From positions 1 to 30,886 of the forward strand of contig JBDHHQ010000052.1 of assembly GCA_039589315.1 (NCBI GenBank): DNA of 30,886 nucleotides, written 5' to 3'. The translations under genes and the position numbers were made by a program. Shown piece by piece: positions 19,863 through 28,378 of this stretch. This DNA comes from Gemmatimonadota bacterium (lineage in GTDB: Bacteria > Gemmatimonadota > Gemmatimonadetes > Longimicrobiales > Gaopeijiaceae). Positions within the stretch are counted from its first letter, which is position 1, and each line of letters opens with the position of its first letter. The notes under the pieces were generated by a model that saw only the letters and a list, made by a program, of their open reading frames with translations, was not told the DNA's origin and did not search any database.

Positions 19863-20999
19863 ATGACCGTTCAGGAGCAGTCCACAAGCGCCGCCATCGA
19901 GCCCCGCCTCCTCCTCGGGCCGGGGCCCTCACCGGTGGCACGTCGGGTGCGCGAGGCCCTGGCGCAGCCCACCGTCGGCCACCTCGACCCGTCGTTCCTC
20001 GCCCTGATGGACGACGTCAACGAGCGGCTCCGTCACGTCTTCGGGACCACGAACGCGACGACCTTTCCCGTCTCGGCCACCGGGTCGGCGGGCATGGAGG
20101 CGTCACTGGCCAACATCCTGGAGCCGGGCGACGTCGCGATCGTGGGAATCTGTGGCGTCTTCGGGGCGAGGCTGGCCGAGATGGCCCGTCGCATGAGCGC
20201 GGATGTCGTGACCGTCGAGAGTGACTGGGGCCGACCCCTGGATCCACAGCGGGTGATCGACACCCTGCAGGCGAACCCGGGCGCCAGGGCCCTGGCGCTG
20301 GTCCATGCCGAGACATCGACGGGAGTGTGGCAACCCCTGGCCGAGATCGGTGCCGCCGTGCGCGAGACCGAGACACTCCTGGTAGTGGACACGGTGACCT
20401 CCCTGGGCGGCGTTCCGGTGGAGGCCGACCGGGTCGGGATCGACGTGGCCTACTCGGGAACCCAGAAGTGTCTGGGCGTCCCTCCCGGACTCGCGCCCAT
20501 CACCTTCTCGCCCAGGGCGCTGGAGCGGATCCGGACGCGGCAACGACCCTGTCAGAGCTGGTACCTGGACGTGTCGCTGATCTCGGGATACCTGGGCCGG
20601 GAGCGCCGTTACCATCACACGGCGCCCGTCAATCTGGTCTACGCCCTACGCGAGGGGCTGGTGATGATCCAGGAGGAAGGCCTGGCGGCTCGCTACGCTC
20701 GCCACCTGGAGGTCGGCCGGACGCTGCAGGCCGAGCTCGAGGCGCGCGACTTCGAGCTGTTCGCGGAGGAAGGCTACCGGCTGCCGCAGCTCACGAGCGC
20801 GCGCCTGCCGGGGGGGGTGGACGAGGCTCCGCCCAGAAAGGCGCTGCTGGAGCGATTCGGCATCGAAGTGGGAGGCGGCCTCGGTCCGGTGACCGGCAGG
20901 ATCTGGCGGATCGGCTTGATGGGAAGCGGTGCGACGCACCAGAATGTGGATCGATTCCTCGATGCCGTGGACACGCTTCGCGAGGAGGGCGGTTGGTAG
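19863..20999 (+). CDS. Alanine-glyoxylate / serine-pyruvate aminotransferase family (class V PLP)
   Basis: LLLGPGPS, VHAETSTGV, VDTVTSLGG, SGTQKCL (PLP lysine), YHHTAP, WRIGLMG. Confidence 0.93.
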   Translation: MTVQEQSTSAAIEPRLLLGPGPSPVARRVREALAQPTVGHLDPSFLALMDDVNERLRHVFGTTNATTFPVSATGSAGMEASLANILEPGDVAIVGICGVFGARLAEMARRMSADVVTVESDWGRPLDPQRVIDTLQANPGARALALVHAETSTGVWQPLAEIGAAVRETETLLVVDTVTSLGGVPVEADRVGIDVAYSGTQKCLGVPPGLAPITFSPRALERIRTRQRPCQSWYLDVSLISGYLGRERRYHHTAPVNLVYALREGLVMIQEEGLAARYARHLEVGRTLQAELEARDFELFAEEGYRLPQLTSARLPGGVDEAPPRKALLERFGIEVGGGLGPVTGRIWRIGLMGSGATHQNVDRFLDAVDTLREEGGW

Positions 21000-22405
21000 C
21001 CAGGGCCTTCGCTGTCTTGACCCTTCTAGCCGTGGCAGCGTGCACGCGGGTCGGTACTCCCGACCCGTTACCCACGCCGGATCCCGGCCCAGAAGCCCGG
21101 CCATCCGACCCGGGCGCAGCCGGCGTCGCGGGCGCACGTGCCGGTGAGCGGCCGCCCGCGGACGAAGGGATGCTGCCGGCCACTGCCGCCCCCGGCACGG
21201 GGATTCCCCGGCCCGACCCGGTAACGACGGGTCCCTGGTCAGAGCGCGTCGAGCTCCTGGACCGGCAAGCGTGGTATCAGGAGCTCTGGACGGGGCGAAG
21301 TCGGGGGAACTTCGCCCGGTACCTCGAGCGCATGGGCGCGTATGAGGACATGGTGGCCCGCGAGCTGGTGGCCCGAGACCTTCCCCCGTCGCTGCGCTAC
21401 CTACCTCTGATCGAGAGCGGGTACAACCCGACGGCGGTGAGCTGGGCCGGGGCAGTGGGGCTTTGGCAGCTCATGTCGGGGACCGCGAGGGACGCGGGGC
21501 TCACCGTGACCGCCGTGGTTGACGAGCGCCGCGACCCGTATCGTGCGACGCACGTGGCGCTGAGCTTCCTGGCCGAGTTGCACGGGCGTTTCCAGAGCTG
21601 GTCCCTGGCCTTGTCCGCGTACAACGGGGGGCCCGGGAGAGTGGCCCGCCTGGCCCGCCGCCACGCTCCAGGCCTCGAGTACGGTGATAGCGTCTACTTC
21701 GTCATCCGGCCCCACCTGCCGCGGGAGACGCGGGACTTCGTTCCCAAGCTCATGGCAGCCGTGGCCCTCGCGCGGGATCCGGCCGGTCACGGCTTTGGCG
21801 ACGTGCGGCCCGAGGCGGCGCTGAGCTGGGAAGCGGTTTCGGTGCCCGACGCCACCTCCGTCGACGTGCTCGCGTCGGCCGCCGAGGTGGATCAGGAGGT
21901 GGTGGAGCGCCTGAACCCCCAGCTGGTACGGGGATTCACGCCCGCCGGGCGCGAGACGAGGGTCCGAGTGCCCGCCGGCTCGGCCGCGACCTTCGCGGCG
22001 AACTACGCCTTGATCCCGCCGGACGAGCGCGTCACGTTCCTCGAGCACAAGGTGGTGCGGGGCGACACGTTCTGGGACATCGCGCGGGCCTACGGCGTGT
22101 CTCTCGCCGTCTTGGAGGCCGCGAACCCGCACACCTCGGCCCGGCGCCTCCAGATCGGCCAGTGGCTGGTCGTCCCCAGAGCGCCGGAGCCCGGCGAGGA
22201 GGGCCGGCCGGCGGCGGCAGCCACGCGAGTGGCCTCGGCACCGAGCAGCGGAGGCGGGAACGAAACCCACGTCGTGCGCAGGGGCGACACGCTCTGGGAC
22301 ATCGCTCGCGCCTACGGAGTCGGTGTCGGCGAGCTCCGCCGTTGGAACGGTCTGGGGGAGGGCGACGTCATCCGCCCCGGAGACCGGCTGACGGTCAGGC
22401 AGTAG
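20993..22405 (+). CDS. MltD-like lytic transglycosylase lipoprotein with two LysM domains
   Basis: TTG 20993 with GAGGAGG RBS; lipobox VAAC; SLT motifs LIESGY, AVGLWQLM, AYNGG, ETRDFVPK; two LysM repeats (HKVVRGDTFWDIARAYGV, HVVRRGDTLWDIARAYGV). Confidence 0.92.
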   Translation: MVARAFAVLTLLAVAACTRVGTPDPLPTPDPGPEARPSDPGAAGVAGARAGERPPADEGMLPATAAPGTGIPRPDPVTTGPWSERVELLDRQAWYQELWTGRSRGNFARYLERMGAYEDMVARELVARDLPPSLRYLPLIESGYNPTAVSWAGAVGLWQLMSGTARDAGLTVTAVVDERRDPYRATHVALSFLAELHGRFQSWSLALSAYNGGPGRVARLARRHAPGLEYGDSVYFVIRPHLPRETRDFVPKLMAAVALARDPAGHGFGDVRPEAALSWEAVSVPDATSVDVLASAAEVDQEVVERLNPQLVRGFTPAGRETRVRVPAGSAATFAANYALIPPDERVTFLEHKVVRGDTFWDIARAYGVSLAVLEAANPHTSARRLQIGQWLVVPRAPEPGEEGRPAAAATRVASAPSSGGGNETHVVRRGDTLWDIARAYGVGVGELRRWNGLGEGDVIRPGDRLTVRQ

Positions 22406-22533
22406 GTCACCTTCATTCACGAAGGCTGCCCCTCTGGACGCCTTCGCCGATACACTCAATAATTACATGCGTTTAGGGCTGTTACGAGCCCTGCTCTCGT
22501 GGTAGATTCATGAGGTGCTCGTGGGGGTCCGAA

Positions 22534-22552
22534 GTGAGACTTATGTGAGACT
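22534..22552 (+). repeat. Tandem direct repeat GTGAGACT x2, candidate integrase arm-type binding sites
   Basis: GTGAGACT at 22534-22541 and 22545-22552 (11-bp period), about 120 bp upstream of an integrase with an arm-binding N-terminus. Confidence 0.55.
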
Positions 22553-22592
22553 CATCTCAAAAGGTCTACCAAGACCCCCCCGGGGGGGTGAA

Positions 22593-22625
22593 GCGTGTGG
22601 GCCGCTGTGGCAGCGGCCCACACGC
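22593..22625. other. Perfect 15-bp inverted repeat (hairpin)
   Basis: GCGTGTGGGCCGCTG-TGG-CAGCGGCCCACACGC, next to the perfect palindrome A-C7-G7-T (22574-22589). Confidence 0.85.
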
Positions 22626-22670
22626 CTCTGGCTGCTCCGAAAAAATCTGAAAAAAACCCTGGAGGCAGCA

Positions 22671-23903
22671 GTGGCCCCTCCCCGCATGACCGAGCGACGA
22701 ATCGAGGACCTTCGATTCGATCCTGACGGCCCGTCGCGCCAGATCCACTTCGACAAGTCGTTTCCCGGCTTCGGCGTCCGGCTGTATCCGTCTGGGCGGA
22801 AGAGCTACGTCCTTCAGTACGGTGAGGCCCGCAGGCGCAAACTGCTGACGCTTGGCACTGTTGGTGTGCTGACGCTTTCCCAGGCTAGGACGCAGGCACG
22901 GCGACATCTCGTCGAGATTGGTGATGGAGCCGACCCGGTCGCAGCTCGCCGGGCCGAGCGCCTTCGTCGCAGGACGGCGGAGACGGTGCAGGAGCTGGCT
23001 GAGGCGTTCCTCGACGAACACGGAGACGACTGGTCCGAGAGCCACCGTCGGGACTCGGAGCGACGTGTGGCGACGAGATTGGCCTCAGCCATCGGACATA
23101 TCCGGGCAGAGGAGCTGACTCGAGCCGACGTCAACCGACTCCACGCCGAGATCACCAAGGCGGGCTCACCGACCGAGGCCAACAGAGTTCGGACTCTAAT
23201 CCATACTATCTACGAGTGGGGCTCGGAGTTCGGTTGCATACCCGAGACCCTACCCAACCCGGCCCGCCGCGCTCGCGGGTCCAAGAAGAGCCGCAACAAG
23301 GAGGAGAGCCGCACGCGCTACCTCAGAGTCGAGGAAGCCCCTGGGCTCTTGAAGGCGGCGGACGCAACCGGCGACCCAAGAGATGGCGTGCTCGTTCGTC
23401 TCTGGCTCCTCACTGGGCTTCGCAAGTCGGAGTTGCTAGGGCGTCGCTGGTCCGATCTGAATCTACAGCGTGCCACCTTAGAGATCCCCGAAACGAAGAG
23501 CCGTCGGCCGCATGAGGTACCGTTGTCGAAACGGGCCATTGGACTCTTCAAAGCACTCCCGCGCCCTGTCGATCCTAGCCTGCCGATCTTTCCCGGACCG
23601 GATCCCGCGCAACCCTTAAAGGACCTTAAGCGGCCCTGGGCCAAGATCCGCCGACTCTCGGGGCTGACTGATCTCCGCATTCATGACCTGAGACGGACTG
23701 CTGGCACATGGCTCACCCACCTCGCCGGCGTGCCCATCGCGAGCGTGTCCGCCCTGTTGAACCACAAGACGCCGGGCGCCGGTGTCACGCAGATCTACGC
23801 ACGCCCGATGGACGAGGCGCTGCGATCAGCCGTTGACGAGCTGGAGCGCATCCTGGTCCAGGTCGAGGCCAAGATGGAGCAGAAGGAGACCGCCCGTGGA
23901 TGA
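22671..23903 (+). CDS. Tyrosine recombinase/integrase with N-terminal arm DNA-binding domain (P4-like)
   Basis: GGAGG RBS, GTG 22671; N-terminal PGFGVRLYPSGRKSYVLQY; catalytic set TGLRKSE (R), TKS (K), HDLRRT (HxxR), LNHK (H), TQIY (Y). Confidence 0.95.
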   Translation: MAPPRMTERRIEDLRFDPDGPSRQIHFDKSFPGFGVRLYPSGRKSYVLQYGEARRRKLLTLGTVGVLTLSQARTQARRHLVEIGDGADPVAARRAERLRRRTAETVQELAEAFLDEHGDDWSESHRRDSERRVATRLASAIGHIRAEELTRADVNRLHAEITKAGSPTEANRVRTLIHTIYEWGSEFGCIPETLPNPARRARGSKKSRNKEESRTRYLRVEEAPGLLKAADATGDPRDGVLVRLWLLTGLRKSELLGRRWSDLNLQRATLEIPETKSRRPHEVPLSKRAIGLFKALPRPVDPSLPIFPGPDPAQPLKDLKRPWAKIRRLSGLTDLRIHDLRRTAGTWLTHLAGVPIASVSALLNHKTPGAGVTQIYARPMDEALRSAVDELERILVQVEAKMEQKETARG

Positions 23904-24813
23904 CCATCGGTGGTGGATGGACACAGAGCCGGTCCCACTGTCAGACGCGCTGGGCAAGCAGACGGTGCTGGACGGGATCAAGGTCCCCAGGGGCGCTGTA
24001 CAGCGGTTCAAACGGCTTGGGCGCGACGACAGGACCGCCCTGACCGCACCCCACCGTGCGTTCGGTCACGCGCTTTGGACTCTGGCGCGAGATGAACTCA
24101 GCGCGATACTCGAGCGCGTGGCCCCGATCGTGGCAACCATTCAGCTGTCGGATCTGAATGGTTCGTGGGGCGAGTCGGTGCTTCCACAGTACGGTCCTTT
24201 GCGCGCCGGCTGGGACGCAGTGGCCGATTGGTGGGTGCATACGATCCGGTGGCCGGGAGAGATCTGGAACGCTAAGGGACAGGACTGGGAGCGGGCACTA
24301 CCACCCTGGTTTGGACTTGGCTGCATCCGGCTCGCACACGACTTCGTCAGGAACGACCCGGACTCAGGCTTCAGCGTCGTCCGCGCAAAGGCGTTCCTGT
24401 TCGAAGAACCCGACTCGGAAGTCTGGCTGTCCGGAACGCCGGTCTCCGACGAGACTGTGCACCTCGAACTGTGTGGGGACTTCGCTCGCGACAAGGAAGA
24501 GAGCCGGGAGGAGTTCGTCCTGCGGCTGATGTCGATGGTCACGAGTGAAATCCTCACCACAGTGACGCTTCAGGCCGGCAGCAACGATGCCTGGTGGAAC
24601 CTGGCCGAGATGCCTCGTGATCCGAGGACAATGGGCTCTGGGGACGTTGGCCGTCCGCCCGAGCTAAGGGCCGTAGCTGTCAAGATTGTCGCAAGAATGT
24701 TCGGCAAAGAGGTGCCTGACGAGAGCAGGGCAGTCAAGACGGATGCCCAATTGTCACTCATGAAACGACTTACCTTCCTCCGGAATCCCGACTGGCCAAC
24801 ACCGATCCCCTGA
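23896..24813 (+). CDS. Hypothetical Trp-rich protein
   Basis: AAGGAG RBS and GTG 23896 overlapping the integrase stop; 305 aa; no family recognised. Confidence 0.7.
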   Translation: MDDHRWWMDTEPVPLSDALGKQTVLDGIKVPRGAVQRFKRLGRDDRTALTAPHRAFGHALWTLARDELSAILERVAPIVATIQLSDLNGSWGESVLPQYGPLRAGWDAVADWWVHTIRWPGEIWNAKGQDWERALPPWFGLGCIRLAHDFVRNDPDSGFSVVRAKAFLFEEPDSEVWLSGTPVSDETVHLELCGDFARDKEESREEFVLRLMSMVTSEILTTVTLQAGSNDAWWNLAEMPRDPRTMGSGDVGRPPELRAVAVKIVARMFGKEVPDESRAVKTDAQLSLMKRLTFLRNPDWPTPIP

Positions 24814-24912
24814 GGGCGGAAATCACCAGCGCAATTCCCGCCGAACCCCTCCCCCACCTTCCGGGCAACCCACGGATGACCCGTGGTGACGTACCTGAAC
24901 GAGGTGGGGATC

Positions 24913-25155
24913 ATGAGCTTCCTATTGACGGTCGAGGAAGTCGCTGACCGGCTCGGGGTCAGCAAGTACACTCTCTACAAATGGCGCAAGGACGGCTTCG
25001 GGCCGTCGTTCCTTCGCTTGCGCGGCAACGACGTTCGCTACGAGGAGAACGACCTCCGGGAGTGGATCGAGTGGCGTAAGTCTGGCTCACTCGCCGAGGA
25101 ACGGGCTCGCGGCGATCGCCTCCACGGCGCTGCCGAGTCGGGGGGCTTCCGATGA
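24913..25155 (+). CDS. HTH excisionase/AlpA-like protein
   Basis: LLTVEEVADRLGVSKYTLYKWRKDGFGPSFLRLRGNDVRY (HTH_17/AlpA-type); GAGGT RBS; ATGA-coupled to the primase. Confidence 0.9.
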   Translation: MSFLLTVEEVADRLGVSKYTLYKWRKDGFGPSFLRLRGNDVRYEENDLREWIEWRKSGSLAEERARGDRLHGAAESGGFR

Positions 25156-27881
25156 CTGCCGATTGGATAGAGGCGGAGAAGGAACGCATCCGTGATGCGA
25201 ACCCCATCGAGGATGTCGCCGAAGCTCTCGGAGCAGAGCTGAAGAAGTCCGGGCGGCAGCTCGAAGCTCGCTGTCCGCTCCCCGGGCACGACGATCAGAC
25301 CCCGTCGTTTTTCATCGACCCCGGACGAGAAGTCTTCTTCTGCCACGGCTGCGGTCGCGGCGGACACGTGTTCTCGCTCGTGCAGGAAGCTCACGGCTTC
25401 GACTTCGTGGAGGCGAAGAAGTGGCTCGCGCAACGCGCTGGGATTCCGCTCAGCGCGGAGTGGCAGAGACTGAGCGGCGAGGAGTTCGTGGCTCTAGAGG
25501 AGGAGCGTAGGGCCGAGGAAACGCGACTGGAGAAGCTCGAACGCGTTGTCGCGAAGGCTGCCGGGCAGCTCACTCCTGAGCACCGGGCGTACTTACGCCG
25601 TCGTGGCCTCACGGACGAGACCATCGCGGCGCTCAAGCTGGGGACTTGGCGAGATAGGCACGGCGCTTGTGTTCTTCTTCCGGTCTTGCGGCACGGGCGG
25701 CCCGTCGAAGTCATCGGACACTTCCCGGGCGCCAAGAAGGATGACTTCCCCCCGAAGTATCTGTTCACCAAGGACCGCGACCGCCCGACGCCTGGCCTCG
25801 AACTGGCCCAGCCCCGTCAGGAGACCATTGTGGTCGAGGGCTTCTTCGACTGGGCCGCCCTCGTCCAGGCGGGCTTCGACGCGGTCGCGCTCCTGGGTTC
25901 CGGAGCTGCTGATTCGGTAGTGGAGCGCCTCCGGCGGCCGAAGAGGGTCTACCTAATGCTCGACGGCGACGGCGCAGGCAGGGAGGCAGCGGAGACGCTG
26001 GCCCGCGAGCTGTATCCGAAGGCCGCCATCGTCGAGCTGCCCGATGGGAAAGACCCAAACGACCTGCTGGCTTACCTCGGGGCCGTGGCCTTCGAGGAGA
26101 CCATCCGCGAGCTGTTGGCCTCCGCCCGGGATCCTCTCGAGCTCGCGTGGGAACGGGCCACCACGCCTGACGACGTGAAAGAGAGGGTGGTACCCCTGCT
26201 GGCGCGGCTGGATGATCTCGAGCTCGATATGGCGCTGAACAACGCTCCCCTCAGGGACCGGGGCATCCGAAAAGAAACGCTCCGCTCCGAGATCGAGGCC
26301 GCTAGGCCCCGATCGTCCGACGGCAATGCCGAGCCCGCTGAGCCGACGCCTTCAAGCAGGGAGGAGCTATGGGAGCGTGCGAAGAGGATCCTGACCTCGG
26401 ACATACCCCTGGAGCTCTTCCGCGAATCCCTGACCCACGGTGGGTACGCCGGAGAGACCATCCCAGCCGAGATCATCAACGTCGCGATACACTCCCGGGT
26501 CTTCGACCGACCGATCAACGTCGGTGTGTTCGGCCCGTCCTCCGGTGGCAAGTCGTTCACGGTTCAGGTTGTCATGGCATATCATCCGCGCCATGCGGTT
26601 CACGAGCTAACAGCCTCGTCTGAACGCGCCCTCATCTACTCCGACTTCAAGACGGAGCACGCCTTCGTCTACATCGGCGAGGCCAGCGCCGTGGCCAAGG
26701 AGGGCGTCGGGGCTTCCATCATCCGAGAACTGGCCTGGGGCAACGGGCTCCGATACGAGACGGTCGAGAAGGATGAGATGACGGGCAAGCTAGGTCCTCG
26801 TCTCATCGAGCAGCCCGGTCCTACTGGACTAATCACAACCTCGACCACCGCGCTCGAGCCGGAGCTTTCGACGCGGATGATGAAGGTCACGATTACGGAT
26901 GACCCTGACCAGACGGCAAGAATCGTCCGCGGGGTGGTCGAAGACCTCAAGGGCGTCCATAAGGCTGTCCCCGACTACGACGAGTTCGTTGCCGCCTCGG
27001 AATACCTCGAACGCTACGGCGACCGAGAAGTCGTCGTCCCATTCGCCGATCCATTGAATGACGTGCCGTCGGAGGAAGTCCGGGTCCGAAGAGACATCCA
27101 TCAGATTGCCAGCTTCTTGCGCGTCATGGCCTACATCCACCAGGAGAACCGCGAGCGGGACGCTGAGAGCCGCATCATCGCAACCGTTGACGACTATGCG
27201 GAGACTTACCGGCTGCTGGAGCCCATCCTCGGCCAGACGCTAACAGCAGCGACCCCTGCGATTCGTGAGACAGTTACAGCCGTCGAGGGCGTCCTGAAGG
27301 ACAAGGTCGGCTCAACTTGCACCAAGATCGAGGTCGCCACAGCCCTCAGCCGGGCGCCCTCAACAGCGGGCAAACGCATCAACGACGCGATTGAAGCCGG
27401 CTTCCTGGTCAACAATGCGGGGCAAGGACAACCTGCAGAAATTGCGCTGGGAGACCCTCTGCCGATGGAGCGGAGCGTGTTGCCGACCCAAGAGGACGTG
27501 GCGGACTGGTGGGCAGAGCACGGCGACTCTAGTACTTCCTCTTCCACTACCCCCGGCGAATCCGCCGAATCGCCGAAACGCACCGCTAATCAATTGATTG
27601 ACAATGATTTAACGTTTCGACAGGGCACCGAAACGGAAACGCAAGCCCAAGACGGTGGCGATAGCGGTTCAACCGGTTTCGGCACCGTTTCGATAGGCAA
27701 CCGCAACGCTAACATGATGAAGGGCAATGACATAGATAGCCGTTTCGGCGTTTCGACGGAATCCTGGGGAGTAGAAGAGAGAGAAGTGTCACCGAACGCA
27801 GCAAACGGGATCGGCCAGGGCACTCTCGACCTGCAAAGAATGCCGCCTGCGGAAGACTCCGAGGACGCGGAACGCATTTAG
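25152..27881 (+). CDS. DnaG-type primase (CHC2 Zn finger + Toprim) fused to P-loop AAA+ (MCM-like) domain and winged helix
   Basis: CPLPGH...CHGC; VVEGFFD, LDGDGAG, GKDPND; Walker A GPSSGGKS; Walker B-like VYIGE; ELSTR; C-terminal TKIEVATALSRAPSTAGKRINDAIEAGFL. Confidence 0.88.
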   Translation: MTADWIEAEKERIRDANPIEDVAEALGAELKKSGRQLEARCPLPGHDDQTPSFFIDPGREVFFCHGCGRGGHVFSLVQEAHGFDFVEAKKWLAQRAGIPLSAEWQRLSGEEFVALEEERRAEETRLEKLERVVAKAAGQLTPEHRAYLRRRGLTDETIAALKLGTWRDRHGACVLLPVLRHGRPVEVIGHFPGAKKDDFPPKYLFTKDRDRPTPGLELAQPRQETIVVEGFFDWAALVQAGFDAVALLGSGAADSVVERLRRPKRVYLMLDGDGAGREAAETLARELYPKAAIVELPDGKDPNDLLAYLGAVAFEETIRELLASARDPLELAWERATTPDDVKERVVPLLARLDDLELDMALNNAPLRDRGIRKETLRSEIEAARPRSSDGNAEPAEPTPSSREELWERAKRILTSDIPLELFRESLTHGGYAGETIPAEIINVAIHSRVFDRPINVGVFGPSSGGKSFTVQVVMAYHPRHAVHELTASSERALIYSDFKTEHAFVYIGEASAVAKEGVGASIIRELAWGNGLRYETVEKDEMTGKLGPRLIEQPGPTGLITTSTTALEPELSTRMMKVTITDDPDQTARIVRGVVEDLKGVHKAVPDYDEFVAASEYLERYGDREVVVPFADPLNDVPSEEVRVRRDIHQIASFLRVMAYIHQENRERDAESRIIATVDDYAETYRLLEPILGQTLTAATPAIRETVTAVEGVLKDKVGSTCTKIEVATALSRAPSTAGKRINDAIEAGFLVNNAGQGQPAEIALGDPLPMERSVLPTQEDVADWWAEHGDSSTSSSTTPGESAESPKRTANQLIDNDLTFRQGTETETQAQDGGDSGSTGFGTVSIGNRNANMMKGNDIDSRFGVSTESWGVEEREVSPNAANGIGQGTLDLQRMPPAEDSEDAERI
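27540..27778. repeat. Iteron array in a large imperfect palindrome, candidate replication origin
   Basis: About ten CGAAACG/CGTTTCG-type heptamers in both orientations; outer arms 27561-27581 and 27740-27760 match 18/21 as inverted repeats; two AT-rich inserts. Confidence 0.7.
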
Positions 27882-27893
27882 TGCACGGCCGAG

Positions 27894-28148
27894 ATGGAGC
27901 CCCAACAATTGCTGCTGGCCGCGTCGGTGATCCATCGCGCCGGGGCGCTGGGGATCCGGGTCTCAGCCGATGGGCAGGATCTGATCTGCCGTCCGGCAAG
28001 CGCGCTGACGGACGAGCTGCGGGACCAGCTCCGGGTCCACAAGCCTCAGATCTTGGAGCTGCTCCGAGCCGCGAGGACGTACACCTGCAGTTCCTGCGGG
28101 CAGTTCAGATTCGACCTGCCGACGGTGTGCTATTGGTGTCGGGAGTAA
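27894..28148 (+). CDS. Small TubC_N docking-domain-like protein with C-terminal Cys4 Zn ribbon
   Basis: GIRVSADGQDLICRPASALTDELRDQLRVHKPQILELL fits the TubC_N pattern; CSSC...CYWC. Confidence 0.7.
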   Translation: MEPQQLLLAASVIHRAGALGIRVSADGQDLICRPASALTDELRDQLRVHKPQILELLRAARTYTCSSCGQFRFDLPTVCYWCRE

Positions 28149-28378
28149 TTCGGATGAAGGTGCGTGTTGGTCGACGTTCGCCCCCCCTCCGTCTGGCCCT
28201 CGGGTCTCACGCTTATCAGGCGTATCCCACAGGCCCTAAATCACGACAAGAAACGACATAACTCACTGACAGATCACGCGATCTGCCGTTGGTACCCCCC
28301 TCCCCATGTCGTGATCTGCCGTAGCCCAACGGACGGTGAACGGACAGTATGTCGCCGTACCTGACTCGAACGATCCGA

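Noticed and set aside
20327..20992. N-terminal extension of the LysM transglycosylase ORF (likewise the extensions starting at 7519, 14587, 15120, 22515 and 23782)
   Set aside because: These overlap neighbouring genes or regulatory DNA; downstream starts have RBS or signal-peptide support or avoid the overlap.
22524..22551. dif-like site (TTATGTGAGAC resembles an XerD arm)
   Set aside because: The left arm lacks the inverted ATAA needed for XerC; better explained by the GTGAGACT direct repeat.
22406..22670. tRNA/tmRNA integration target
   Set aside because: No T-arm (GTTCRA) or cloverleaf on either strand; TGGTAGA/TCTACCA alone is insufficient.
28204..28210. Inverted GTGAGAC as a right-end arm site (attR)
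   Set aside because: Single 7-mer that also occurs inside ordinary genes (near 11792, 14123, 27267); no paired copy or att core.
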